Part shown: positions 1 to 13,553 of the stretch, one piece after another | Numbering within the stretch: the stretch's first letter is position 1 | How the letters are laid out: every line of letters starts with the position of its first letter | Source of the DNA: the human T2T-CHM13v2.0 reference genome, Homo sapiens | Direction: 5' to 3' (one strand) | NCBI RefSeq assembly: GCF_009914755.1 | Contig: NC_060932.1 | Length of the DNA stretch: 64,000 nt | Translations under genes and position numbers: made by a program | Notes under the pieces: model-generated | Seen by the model: the letters and a program-made list of their open reading frames with translations, nothing else | The model's database searches: none | What the model was told of the DNA's origin: nothing

Positions 1-610
<610 letters not shown>

Positions 611-689
611 ACTTGTCTATTAACTTACTTGCCACTCAGTGTGCTTGCCTTTCAAGGAAGACAGAGCAGAAGAGGAGGAGGGAGGCAGC

Positions 690-885
690 TGTTTGTCAAG
701 CACCTGAGGTGTGATTGTATTAGGCAACTCACCTTATCTTATTTAATCCCCATCACAATCATGTAAGCAAATAGCCTTATTATCTCCATTTTTTATATAG
801 AGGACAGTGAGGTTCACAGAGCTGAACCTTCCCTATATCACATAGATAGGAGTCGAGGAAGCAAGGTTTGTAACATGGATCCGTT
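690..885 (-). mobile_element. MIR remnant
   Basis: 'tatctccatttttta...gaggacagtgaggttcacagag' is the reverse complement of the MIR core. Confidence 0.65.
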
Positions 886-2044
886 TACCACAAATCCCTA
901 ATCTCCCAAGCTACCCCTTGTTCTTCCCTCAAAGTCAGCCAGTGGGCCTACTAAGAAAGTCAAAAAGTAGACTGTGAGAAGGTGCATGGAAAATATTTTT
1001 AAATGCTGTATATGTGAGCAGTATTGCAGTCACTAAAACAAATGTGATGCTATCCCTGAACAAAGAGAATGCAAGAAAATGCAGTGAAAAATGGGGCTCC
1101 AGCCTCGATACCCACATTCCTAACCTTTTAATGCCAAGCAGCCTATAAGCATGTCAAATTTTACTCATGTTCCTGCTCTTTCCACTCAAGTTGGCTTTGT
1201 GGGTTGCTGGTTTTATCAAAATTGAGTGAGAGTGTGTTCAATACAATGTTGGATTCATTAGGGAGAAAAAAGCCAAATAAAAACCTTGCTTCTTCAATGC
1301 CAGGAGCTTACAAAGACATATAAACCATGAGGAATTCCAAGGACTTGCTCAGAAGCCGTTCTGCAAATGCATTTCTTGAACAAAGGGCCAATGTTCCTTT
1401 CAGGGAAGAGCGCGGGACTGGTTTCCGGCATTTTTCTTTAAATCATTAGGACCATGCCAGCAAACAAACATATACAGCCCCTGGGAGAAAGAATCTCATT
1501 CAACACAGCTTACAAGAGTTTGATTATTAGGGAGGGGTGCTTCATGGCACGTGCCTCACCAGCCGGCCCCCAAATGTACAGATCTGTTTAAAGGGCTTTA
1601 TTGATGGTGGCCGCAGACAGATAGAGCTTGTGAGGAGAACTGACATCCCATGGATACTAACATATCAGCATCATCCTGACCAGCACACAATCCAGTCAGA
1701 GAGAGCTGAAAAGTCTGCCTCATTCCCTTGAAAATGTGCTTCTTAAGACAAATAAAATATAGAAATAAGAAATTCACCTCTAACAGGGTTTACATTTCCT
1801 TCACCCAGACAATTAAAGGGTTTTGGAGGACCTGGAACGAAATGATGACTGAATCTTTAGCCAGACACATATTTCAGCTTTTAATGAACTGAAAATATTA
1901 TAGGTTGGGCCCTGAAAACAAATGAGCATTGGATTAAGACAAGCCATACTTCGAACTCCAGCCCTGCCACATGTTATCTATATGACTTTTATAACTTCTG
2001 TAAGCTTTCATATCCTTATCTCTAAAGCAAGGATAGTAATATTA

Positions 2045-2429
<385 letters not shown>

Positions 2430-2619
2430 TTACCTATGTTTCCAATTCTTCCTGTCTTCCAAAGAAATTGTTTCAAATACACAGCATGTTTAAATTACAC
2501 CTAAGATTAGAGCAACACCTTTAGTAGTAGTAGTTAGTGAGGGATAGATTGCTCTACTATAGCAATAGTAGCAGTTGGGAGGAAAGGACTTCTACTCTTC
2601 CATACCTTCACCTCTAAAT

Positions 2620-3220
2620 ACATTCATTTATTCAAGCAATCTTTATTGAGCAACTGCTCTATACCAGCCACTAAATGGCCACATGGTAGCCAATAGCTCA
2701 GTTGCTTTGGGCCCCATGATAGAGCCTCTCTCTAGTCCAGGTAGCATCAGTCTGTCTACTTTATTACTAATTGCCCTTTGGTCTCAGAGTGACTGAGTAT
2801 GTAAGAGTGTTGATGAATCTGTGTGCACTCCCTACCACCCTTGACAAACTCACACAACAATAAACATGTCTACCACAGTCTGAGCCTGGAGGCTGGTGCT
2901 AGAGCAGGGAGGGCCACAGAAATGCATAGAAAAGGGTTAACCCTAGGAGGGTAACATATGTGGAAAAATCACCATATGACAGGCAGAAGAATGCAGAGTT
3001 ATAATGGAAGAGTAAACATCATGCAGAGAGAAATCTGACTGGTGCTACCTGTAGACATTGGGAAGAGCTTCAAGGAAGAAATATTGGAGTTAAGACTTGG
3101 GGAACTGAGAGATAAGGAGTATTGAAGTAGAGGGAGAAAGATGGGAAGAGCTCTCCTAGCAAAAGAAAGGGTTCAAAGAGGTAAAATTTTGTGGGAGAAA
3201 GGACAAATGATCCATTTGTC
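2620..3220 (-). mobile_element. L2 fragments
   Basis: 'cattcatttattcaagcaatctttattgagcaactgct' is the reverse complement of the L2 3' end; purine-rich L2 body follows. Confidence 0.5.
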
Positions 3221-5544
3221 TCCCCTAGGAAGCTTCTCCAGCACCACTAACTACCCCTCCTCCTATCTGAGTTCAGAGTTCAGCAACTCTTTTGTGTAGT
3301 CTAATTTTACCTTTATTATAGCACCAATCACACTGCATTAGAGCATTGTCTTTACTGTTCTGCACCTTCCAAATACACACACATACAGACACACAATATG
3401 CATGCAATCATGGGCTGGAAGCTTAATGAAGATTAGGACTTCGTTTTCTATGTTTTGTGCATTAGCATTTAGCACATTGTCTGATAAGTACTCAAATTAA
3501 GGGGAAAAAAAAAGACTGTGAGATAAGTCCATTGGTAATGACCTTCAATCAATAAATTAATTTTGATTAGAAGATGCAAGGTACAGAGTGTTACTGTTAC
3601 TTAAAATAGAGAATGCAAGAATAGAGTACCTTGGTAGACAGATTCAGATACAGATACATGGGCACCCTCATGAATGGGATGCATGGTGCTCAAGAGACAG
3701 GCCTAGGCTGGAAATACAGATATGGGATCACCTAACAGAGAGAATCGTTGAATTCAAGTGAGCTAAGCATCTAGGAAGAAAAGAAAATAATGAGAGCCAG
3801 TACAGGAGCCAAAAGAACAGAATTTCTAGGAAGAGTTTACAAAGACTTCTCAGAGCACAAACCTCCATCATTGTTGAGTCAGGGTATAAATAAGGAGGGA
3901 AAGGCTGATCAGCCACTGGTCAGGAAATGCCAATGGGAAAGGCACATGGTCCCTGGGCTCCTTAGCCCTCGTGGAAAATGTTATCTTTGTACAACCACAC
4001 ACTCCCAAGGGCCCTTCTCCACCCTGGTCCTTCCTCAGCTATTTGTGTTGGCACTGTGGTTTTCCTTTCTGACCCTTCTCATTGAAACCTTGGGAGAAAA
4101 GGGGAAGAAAGCCAGGATGTCACAGAAGGACTAGGGTTGGCAGTGGGTGAGGGCTTTGATCCCATGTGGTCTCTGGGGAGGCAGAATGAAGCCATTAGAA
4201 AACAATCAACTTTTTAGCCTCCCACTTCCTGGTGACCTCAGCATTTCCATAACTGTTCTGTGCTTCCTCATTCATCTATCAAGTGGATACACATACACAC
4301 ACATCACACACACACACACATTTCACAGTGTCTCCTGGACAATGCAATAGGATTATGAACATGAAAACCTCTCATGTCATGCCTGATACAAAATACGTGC
4401 CAAATAAATAGGAGTTTCTTTTCTTTTGGACAAGTCTCATAACTGCCCAAAGTTAGAACGTCTCTGGGCATTCATTCTCTTAGCAGAGAGAGAGGATAAA
4501 ACTGAGCCCTATGTCTTTCACATGGACATCATGAAGATCAAGATAGAAGTCACTGGGTATTATGTAACGTAGGGATCGCTCAATCCTGATACGCTTTTTC
4601 CTTGCCTGGTTCTCCTACCAAATTGGAGGAGCAAGATATGTGCAAAGAGCTGGGACACTAGTGCTGTCGTGTACCTGAAAGAGAGTTTTCTTAAATAAGT
4701 ACATGAATCAATGAATGATGGAAGGATGGAGGGTTAAGTGGGTGCATAGTGGGCCTGAGTTAACTCCTGCAGACACAGAATCTTCCATATTCAAGCTGCT
4801 TCAACCTCTGAGTGGCCTCCTGAAAAAGGGGAGGGGTATAGAAATAGAGACTCAGGGATCTGAAGACTATGAAAAGACTTTCTCCTTATTGTGTATACCC
4901 ACAAACTAACCATTCTTCATCAAGTCTTGTTTAGAAACAGTTGTGCAGCCTGAGAAAATTGGGTTCGACTTGCCATGTAGAATTTTGTTAATGGAGTTGT
5001 ATAAACATAGCTCTTTATTAATCTAAATTACTGGCCTTCAGGGTGAGTTTATTTTATTTGCACACATGATCTTCAGTCCCTGGGAACCCCAAAGGATAAG
5101 TGTGTTCCAATGAGACCAAGCCTTTTGTGAACCACTTAGAAATGGGCCCTTGGGAGGTGCTACATAAACAAAACGTAATGAATTGTTCCCCCTGTCAAAA
5201 GTGAACAATTCATAATGTGCCCCTGAATGGAACCAACTGGTCCTCTTGTCAAACACTCTGTACTTTGATGTGCTTTTCATCGGTTAGAAAAAAGAAGAAA
5301 ATAAAAGTCTTTTTAGTGATTTTTTTCAGAGTAAAAAGAGAGAGAGAAGAAGCTATCAACTACCAAGCTACAAACACCATGCTGAAGAAGCTCTTTGGAT
5401 ATCCTTAATTAGGCTTCCTTGACTAAGAAAAACTTGCATAATTCAATTAAAGTATTCTTTACTTGTGTTAGAAATTATCAAGTATTTTAAATGACAATAT
5501 TCCTAAATGACCAGTTGGTGCAGTGAAAATAATAACAATAGTAA

Positions 5545-5935
5545 TTACTAACACTTATTTCTCTCTTACTGTGTACCAGGTATGGCGAATGCATGGTGAA
5601 TGCATGCTTTACATATGCAATATTAAGCAATATAATCTAAACAACAGCCCTATAGGATAGCTGCTATTGTTATCCCCATTTTACAAGAGAGAAAACTGAG
5701 GCAGAAAGAGATTAAGTGACACAGTCAAAATCAAACAGAAAAGTATGTGGTAAAACCAAGTGTTCAGACCAGGAGATTGTGGGCCTAGGGACCATTCTTG
5801 AACCACTATGCCATTAAGAATACTGGACTAGGAATGATGAAAGATGCTTTCAGTCTAGATCCTGCCATTAACTCACTGTATAACCTGGGGCAAGTTACAG
5901 AGAGACCACAGTTTTCCCATCTGTAACACAAACGG
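5545..5935. mobile_element. Two MIRs in opposite orientations (- 5545-5810; + 5815-5935)
   Basis: 'atccccattttacaagagagaaaactgaggcagaaagagattaagtgac' and 'ctgtataacctggggcaagtta...cagttttcccatctgtaa'. Confidence 0.7.
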
Positions 5936-6017
5936 TTCTCATAAGATAATCTCCATATCAGCTGGGGTTCTATGGCTTCAGTAAACAGAAATCCACTTTC
6001 ATTAATCTAAACCACAG

Positions 6018-6083
6018 AAAAAGAGGAGGAGGAAGAAGACAAAAAGGAAGAAAAAGAAAAAGGAAAAGGAAGAAGAAAAGGAA
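6018..6083 (+). repeat. Polypurine (GA-rich) low-complexity tract inside an old MLT1-like LTR remnant (~5957-6450)
   Basis: ~66 nt of A/G with a single C. Confidence 0.8.
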
Positions 6084-6789
6084 TGTATTGGTAAACTATT
6101 TAGGCGGCTCAAGAATAGACAAATAGCTAGAGGCTGGAGAGCCAGGCTTGGAAACAGAACATGCATTAGGACAGGAATCAGCATGGTATTGATGGTCTGA
6201 CTAAAAAGACTACTAACCCATCTCATTCAAGCACTGCTGTGGAAGTAAATGAGCCTCTAATATTTTGTTCCATTCTTATGTCTCTCTTTAACATTTAAAG
6301 TCCCTGTGGACCATTCACTTGCCCTTGCTTGAGCCCACCACCCCCTTGCCAGTTTACGCAGGGCACGTGAGTTATAATCTCACCAATACTACACACAACG
6401 GAAATGGGTTCCCAAAGAGAATCTGGTCCTGTTAGAAAGGTATAGATTTTTTAAAATCCACTACTGCATCAAGATCACTTTCAAATGAATACATAGATTA
6501 AATAAGACATATGAAACGTTTGAACTGGGCCCAATTTACAATCCAAGTGCCATAAATCCTGGAGGTTGTTATAGGAAGGTTGTGGTGGTAGCTACCGCCA
6601 CTGTGGCTTTTTCTACTGTTGTTTCATTCTCAACATAGAACTGGTAGAATTCTGTGAAATAGCTAAGACTAGGTCAAGGGAATTTGTATCACCGAGTCAC
6701 TGATCATATATCAATAAAATTTCTATTTTAATGGGGTGTTCCTGCTTGTCAGATATATTGATTAAATTGAGCCCTTTGATTTGATTCCT

Positions 6790-8020
<1,231 letters not shown>

Positions 8021-8302
8021 ATTTATCATGTATATTCAAGGATATAAGTTGTTTTGATATGCATATACATAGTGAAATGATTACTGCAGTTAAGCAAATC
8101 ATTCTATCCACCACCTAACCTAGTTACCTTTTGTTGTTACTGTAAGAGCACCTAAAATCTACTGTCTTAGTGCAGGAAGCGGGAGGAAATAAGGAAAAGT
8201 AGGCCAAAGTGTACATACAGACTTTCAGTTACATAGGATGAAGAAATCCAGAGGTGTAATGTACAGCATGAGAACTATAGCTAATAATAGTATTGTGTTG
8301 TA
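8021..8302 (-). mobile_element. Old L1MA (MA9/10-like) 3' end with inverted 5' segment (- 8021-8170; + 8171-8302)
   Basis: Both parts resemble consecutive pieces of the L1MA 3' UTR ('ctaatgtacagcatg..actatagttaataat' then 'ctaagagagtagat..ggtaacta..catttcac') but lie on opposite strands. Confidence 0.7.
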
Positions 8303-8399
8303 GACAGAACAAGCTTTAAACAAGCTACAGGGTGGAGACGTTTCCTAGAAGGTCAAGAGTGAATGCAGGGAAACCAGTTAGGAAACTTGCATAAATGTT

Positions 8400-8645
8400 G
8401 TGATAAAAGCTCACAGCCCAAAGCATGGGCTCTGGAGTCAGTCTGCCTGAATTTGGTTGCCACTTCTGTCACAGGTTGTGGGCAAAAAAATTAACTTCTT
8501 GGTGCCTCAGTTTCTATATCCAAAGATGGGTGTGCAAATACTTCCTATCTCTAAAGATGGTATTAGGATTAAGTGTGATCATATGTGTAAAGCACTCAAA
8601 ACAGTGTCTGGTACATAGTAAACACTCAGAACATCTCCCATTATT
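8400..8645 (+). mobile_element. MIR, near full length
   Basis: 'ggctctggagtcagtctgcctg...gtgcctcagtttc...gtaaagcactcaaaacagtgtctggtacatagtaaacactca'. Confidence 0.85.
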
Positions 8646-8721
8646 GCAACCATGCAGTGAAAAATAGAAGGGATTAGAACTGTGGCCTATAAAACGGAGA
8701 GAAGCAGATGAATTTAGGAGA

Positions 8722-8806
8722 TTTTTTTTTTTTTTTTTTTTTGAGACAGAGTCTCATTCTGTTACCAGGCTGGAGTGCAGTGGCACGATCTCAGCTCACT
8801 GCAATC
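8722..8806 (-). mobile_element. Severely 5'-truncated Alu (3' ~62 nt, AluSc-like) with T21 tail
   Basis: End of the right arm only; TSD TTAGGAGATT at 8714-8723 and 8807-8816. Confidence 0.88.
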
Positions 8807-9687
8807 TTAGGAGATTCTCTTTAGGCAGCAAGAACTACAGAACTCTAGTGTCAGCTAAATTCATGGAATTTTGTTTACTTATAGGAAAATGGTAGAAAAT
8901 AATGTTGAAATGGTAGCTTATAAATGTATAGTATTTTGTGAATACAGTCGATTTTTAAATATTGTTACAAATTCTGATTTTGTATCATGGACCTGAAAGT
9001 GGAAGTCCAGATAAATAAATAGGCAATGTAAAGATTTGCATTTCTTAGAACGGATGCGAGAAGCAGATTGTAACCTCATCTGCAAATGGGTCTATTATGC
9101 GTGAAGCATTACCAATTGTTCTGCCTGGCTTTTTGGAGAGATTTCCCACAACAACTGCTAGAGATGCCAGTGATGAAACAGAAAAGCTTGCAAAAGCAAC
9201 AGCAATATCATATTCTTCTCTTGACATCGAGGTCCAAGAATCTGGGATGTTTTATTAGGGAGGATTAAAAAAATATATGTGAAAGCAGAAAGCGCATAGC
9301 ACAGTCCCTAGTTCATAGAAGCTGCTGAAAAAAATATTGTTCTCTTGCATTACGTTTGAGGGCAATAGTTACTTCTTTGTGGATCTGCTAACATCACAAA
9401 CCACTAAGGTACAACATAGAACATGGAGAGCTGCATTAGCTAAAAGTGTTCAATGTACGTCACTTTGCTTGAGAAAGATAATAGCTCCTCATTTGCTACA
9501 TTCATTTTCATGACCACATACTTGATTCATGACAAAAATTACATGAGTTGCATACTTGTTTTCAAACTTTTAAAAACTGTATACTCATTTATGCCGCAAG
9601 ATAAAAGTCATCAAAGTCATCATCAAAAACATGCTAAAAGTCACTACTCAAAGATTGCTCCCTCATCATAACCCCCATGATCTATTC

Positions 9688-9967
9688 TTTGTTGTTTTTT
9701 TTTTTTTTGACATGGAGTCTCACTCTGTTGCCCAGGCTGGAGTGCAATGGCATGATCTCGGCTCACTGCCAATCTCCACCTCCTGGGTTCAAGTGATTCT
9801 CCTGCCTCAGCCTCCCAAGTAGCTGGGACTATAGGCATGTGCCGCTACGCCTGGTTAATTTTTGTATTTTTAGTAGAGACGTGGTTTCACCATGTTGGTC
9901 AGGCTGGTCACGAACTCCTGACCTCAGGTGATCCACCCTCCTCGGCCTCCCAAAGTGCTGGGATTAC
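9688..9967 (-). mobile_element. AluSx-like, lacking the 5' ~25 nt
   Basis: T tail, 'gacctcaggtgatccacc', ends at 'gggattac'. Confidence 0.92.
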
Positions 9968-10044
9968 CTGTCCTTATAGAGACTGTAAACTATTTTAGAC
10001 AAAAGTAAGGAATAAATAGAAAAGGAGAAACAGAGAGAGGAGAT

Positions 10045-10265
10045 TAAACGCTACCAAGCTCTCCGCACCCCAAGTGCTGCACTAAGTGCTCTCACATGTA
10101 TCTAATGTGATCCTCCCCACTGTCCTGTGCAGGAGGTATTGTTATGGAAAAAACAATACAGTTCAAGGAGGTTAGAAATCAAGGTAGCAGAGCTACCAAA
10201 TGGCAAAGCAGAGGTTCAAATTTAGTTCTATCTGACTGTAAGTCTCATTCTCTTTCCATTGCACT
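10045..10265 (-). mobile_element. MIR remnant
   Basis: 'ctgcactaagtgctctcacatgtatct...gttcaaggaggttag...aaatggcaaagcagaggttcaaa'. Confidence 0.6.
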
Positions 10266-11996
10266 GGTATTTTATGTGACTCTTAACATATCTTCCTGAA
10301 AAAAAAAAAGAAAATAGCTTACTTTAAAAAAATCTAAATTCAATTAAATAAAAACATAGGTTTCCCTTTTCTAACAATGGTAGAATAAAAGATTCCCTGC
10401 ATAAGGAAAAGTCTTTGCCACAGTGAAATTGAGAAACCATTTTGAAAAGATTGACGTTCTTCTGGTCATCAACCATATATTTATTAAGGTGCCTCCAGAT
10501 GCACATGCAACTCAATGATCTCATTACTAATTTTGTGAAGTCATAGGGTAGAATGCAAGACAATTTTGCTAAGTCAAAGAAAAACAGTAATCATAAGTAG
10601 GGTAAAGTAGTGACAAGCTGGGGACATTTAGACAAAGGAAATAGGAAATAGAAACTGACTAGCAACACACACACAAAAAGCACAATGTTTTGGAGTTTAG
10701 GGAAGTGGCTGTGCTTAAAGACTTCTTTGTTATTTTACCAGACATATTTCAAGACTGTTAATTATTTATATGCCTCTTATTTCATTTTGAACTCCTTGGG
10801 CTTGGTGTGTTGTTCATCCTAGTGTCTAAAAATCTTGCACAGTGATTGGCATGTGGTAGATAATATATGTTTTTTGATGGGACAAAAGAATGAAGAATAA
10901 AGAAGTATTAGAATAAAGGAATGAATGAATATGAGTGAATTTATCAATACATTTTCATTAGGAATATTTCTCTGAAAAATAAATGCTTCACAGTTAAGAT
11001 TGTCAAAATTTTATCACCCTTTCTGCCCTGTTAAAAAGCAGTAGGTCTAGACTTTTGGCCAGCGACAATGTGGACAGTGGTAGCAAATGGGTTTCATAGA
11101 ATCTGAAATATGGTAGTGAGGCTCCTCAAATACAAAGGAAGGCAGTAGGTCAAGCTAGTGTTTTAATAGATTGCTGAGAATTGAAGGCCAAGAAGACTAA
11201 GCACAAACTTCACAGTGGACATTGGTTGGCTGCCTCCTTGCTGCCTACTCCCCTCCTTCCCAATGGTCTGACTTCTGTCTGCTCCCCAGGAACAGAGCTC
11301 ATAACTTAGGCCATGCTTTAGGACAATTCTGTGACTTTAGTCTATTCAGAATGAATCTCAATACTTATGCCAAGAAATCTCAGGAAAGAAGTTTTTCACA
11401 TCTGCTGGATGAGACCAAGGAGATGTTACTCCAGGAGCAGTTGATATGCGTCTTGGGTACAAAGACAGAAGGAGACTTAGTATGAAACCAGGCAGAAAAT
11501 GGAAAGAGATCATGTCTTTGGCAACAGCACTATCTGAGACTAAAGTTTTATCTCTGAACTGTTCAGTTTGTTTGCTTTCCTTGTTATTTTTAATACAATG
11601 CACCCTTACTGACACTAAAACCACTAATCAAATAAAATCATACATGGAGCAACAGATGGGAGAGTGGTCCTGAGTAATTTCCTCACCTCCAGCTGGTGTT
11701 TACACTTGCCCTTCTAGGCCAGTGGATGTGTGATGTACAATAGTATCCAATAGCTTAGAAGATCAAGAAGGTCAGATGAAAGTGAAGATGTAGGTCTGAG
11801 TGAATTTCCATGCTCACTAGCTTGTCCTTGTGCATCCTTGGAGAACCTGGCTAGATCAAACACAGTTTACCCCTACAACCAAACTTTAGGGTTCACTGGA
11901 GAAGCTAATCAATCTCTCATCATGTTGCAGATCCAGATGACTCCCCTACTGCCCAGCTCTTTCCCAAAAATCACTCTATTGCTAAAGCAGGCCATG

Positions 11997-12060
11997 CAAG
12001 TTAGGTACCTTTCTCCCTAATTGCAGCTCAAGTTAAGTATCTTTCTCCCTAATTGCAGCT
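11997..12060. repeat. 32-bp tandem duplication (30/32 identical)
   Basis: caagttaggtacctttctccctaattgcagct / caagttaagtatctttctccctaattgcagct. Confidence 0.95.
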
Positions 12061-12956
12061 GCAACAAAGGCAATTTTGACAGAATGAACTAAAAATGAGA
12101 AATTTAGGAATTGTGGAAATGAGCAAAACTCTTAAGTGGCTGTCATTTTTTAAAATTTTTAATTTAAAAAATCCCAGAGCATAACAGGGGTGGGGGTAGG
12201 AGAAGATTGAGCAACAGCTGTCATCTGGAAATCTGATATAGGGTAATGTAATCAGGTTGGATTTGCAAAGTCCATTTAGTTTGCAACAGGAAATAGAACT
12301 TTTCAAGCCCACATCACTAAGTTCAGGAATATGTCATCTTCTGGATGGGAACCGAGGCTTCCAGCCACAATCACTTCATTCAGTGAGCTTTGATATAGAT
12401 CTGATTATTTAGGGGGTTTCTTTGGTGGGCCAGAGCAGGCAGGCCATCCTCCAAAGTAGACATTGACCCCCGCCTCCCCCAACTCCCAGCTAGCCCATAC
12501 CATGTAATCATGCTAGGAAAGTACAGGGATGATGCAATGAATTCCAACAGGATAGGGGAGGAACAAGAAAGAAAAACACGCAAACCCCAAATCTTTTCTA
12601 AGTCAGTACAGCAACTGGAGGATTTAACATGAAATTCCTATCCATGGGACCATGGCCAAACCAGGAGACAGCATAATTACAGGAGATAAGACTCGGAATA
12701 GAATAAATGAGAAGCATCATCACAAAGCTACAGATTTCACAGGAAATGAAGATGACACACACAGTGGAGTTTCTATGATCAGGAGAATCCGTCAGGATTA
12801 AAGTATGTATACTTGTAAGGATCTTCATTACCATAATATTTAAATTTATATAAATATATGCATATGAATTCATGTTCGCTAGTTCTATTTAATTCAACAA
12901 ACATGTAGATTGAGCCTACTAAGTGGAAGGCATTGAGGTAAGCCCTGGGAATAGAA

Positions 12957-13188
12957 CAAGGTTTTTCAGCCTCAGCACTATTGACATTTTGAATCAGATA
13001 ATTCTTTCTTGGGGGCAGGGTGGGAGTGATCACTGTCCTATGCATTATAGGATTTTTAGCAGAATCCCTGGCCTCAACACACTAAATAGCAACACTCCCC
13101 CACAAGTTGAGACAAACAAAACTATCTACAGAAATTACTAAATGTCCCCCATAAGTGGGGGACACAAAATCATCACTGAGAACCACTG
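12957..13188 (-). mobile_element. MER20 (hAT-Charlie DNA transposon)
   Basis: 'ctcagcactattgacatttt...ctgtcctatgcattatagga...tgagaaccactg' termini; decayed 8-bp TSD gaatagaa/gagtagag. Confidence 0.88.
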
Positions 13189-13214
13189 GAGTAGAGAAGT
13201 AGTTAAGACAATTA

Positions 13215-13497
13215 TAACAGTTTAATGTGTTTACTCTGGGATTAAACGATCTGTGTTTGCTTCCTGACTCTGCCACATATTGGCTTTGTAACCCAGGGAA
13301 AGTCATTTAATATATTTCTAATTTCAGTATCCTCATACATAAAATGGAAATAACATGACAGAAAGCCAAGTAGAATTGTTATGAGGATTAATGGGAAGAT
13401 TAGCATGAGGGCTACTAGGCAATAGAGACCAATCTTTCTGTCTTTTGACACCATAGCAGGGCCAGTTTAAGAATGCAATAAATGGTAGCTGCTATTT
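13215..13497 (+). mobile_element. MIR
   Basis: 'tcctgactctgccac...aagtcatttaa...tcagtatcctcatacataaaatgg...gttatgaggatta...aataaatggtagctgctatt'. Confidence 0.75.
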
Positions 13498-13553
13498 CCA
13501 ATGAGCTCACAGTGTAATGCAAAACAATAACAGAAAGTACACAGTTAATTTTC

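Noticed and set aside
13143-13164. Perfect 9-bp hairpin TGTCCCCCA-TAAG-TGGGGGACA
   Set aside because: Lies within MER20, whose consensus is already quasi-palindromic here.
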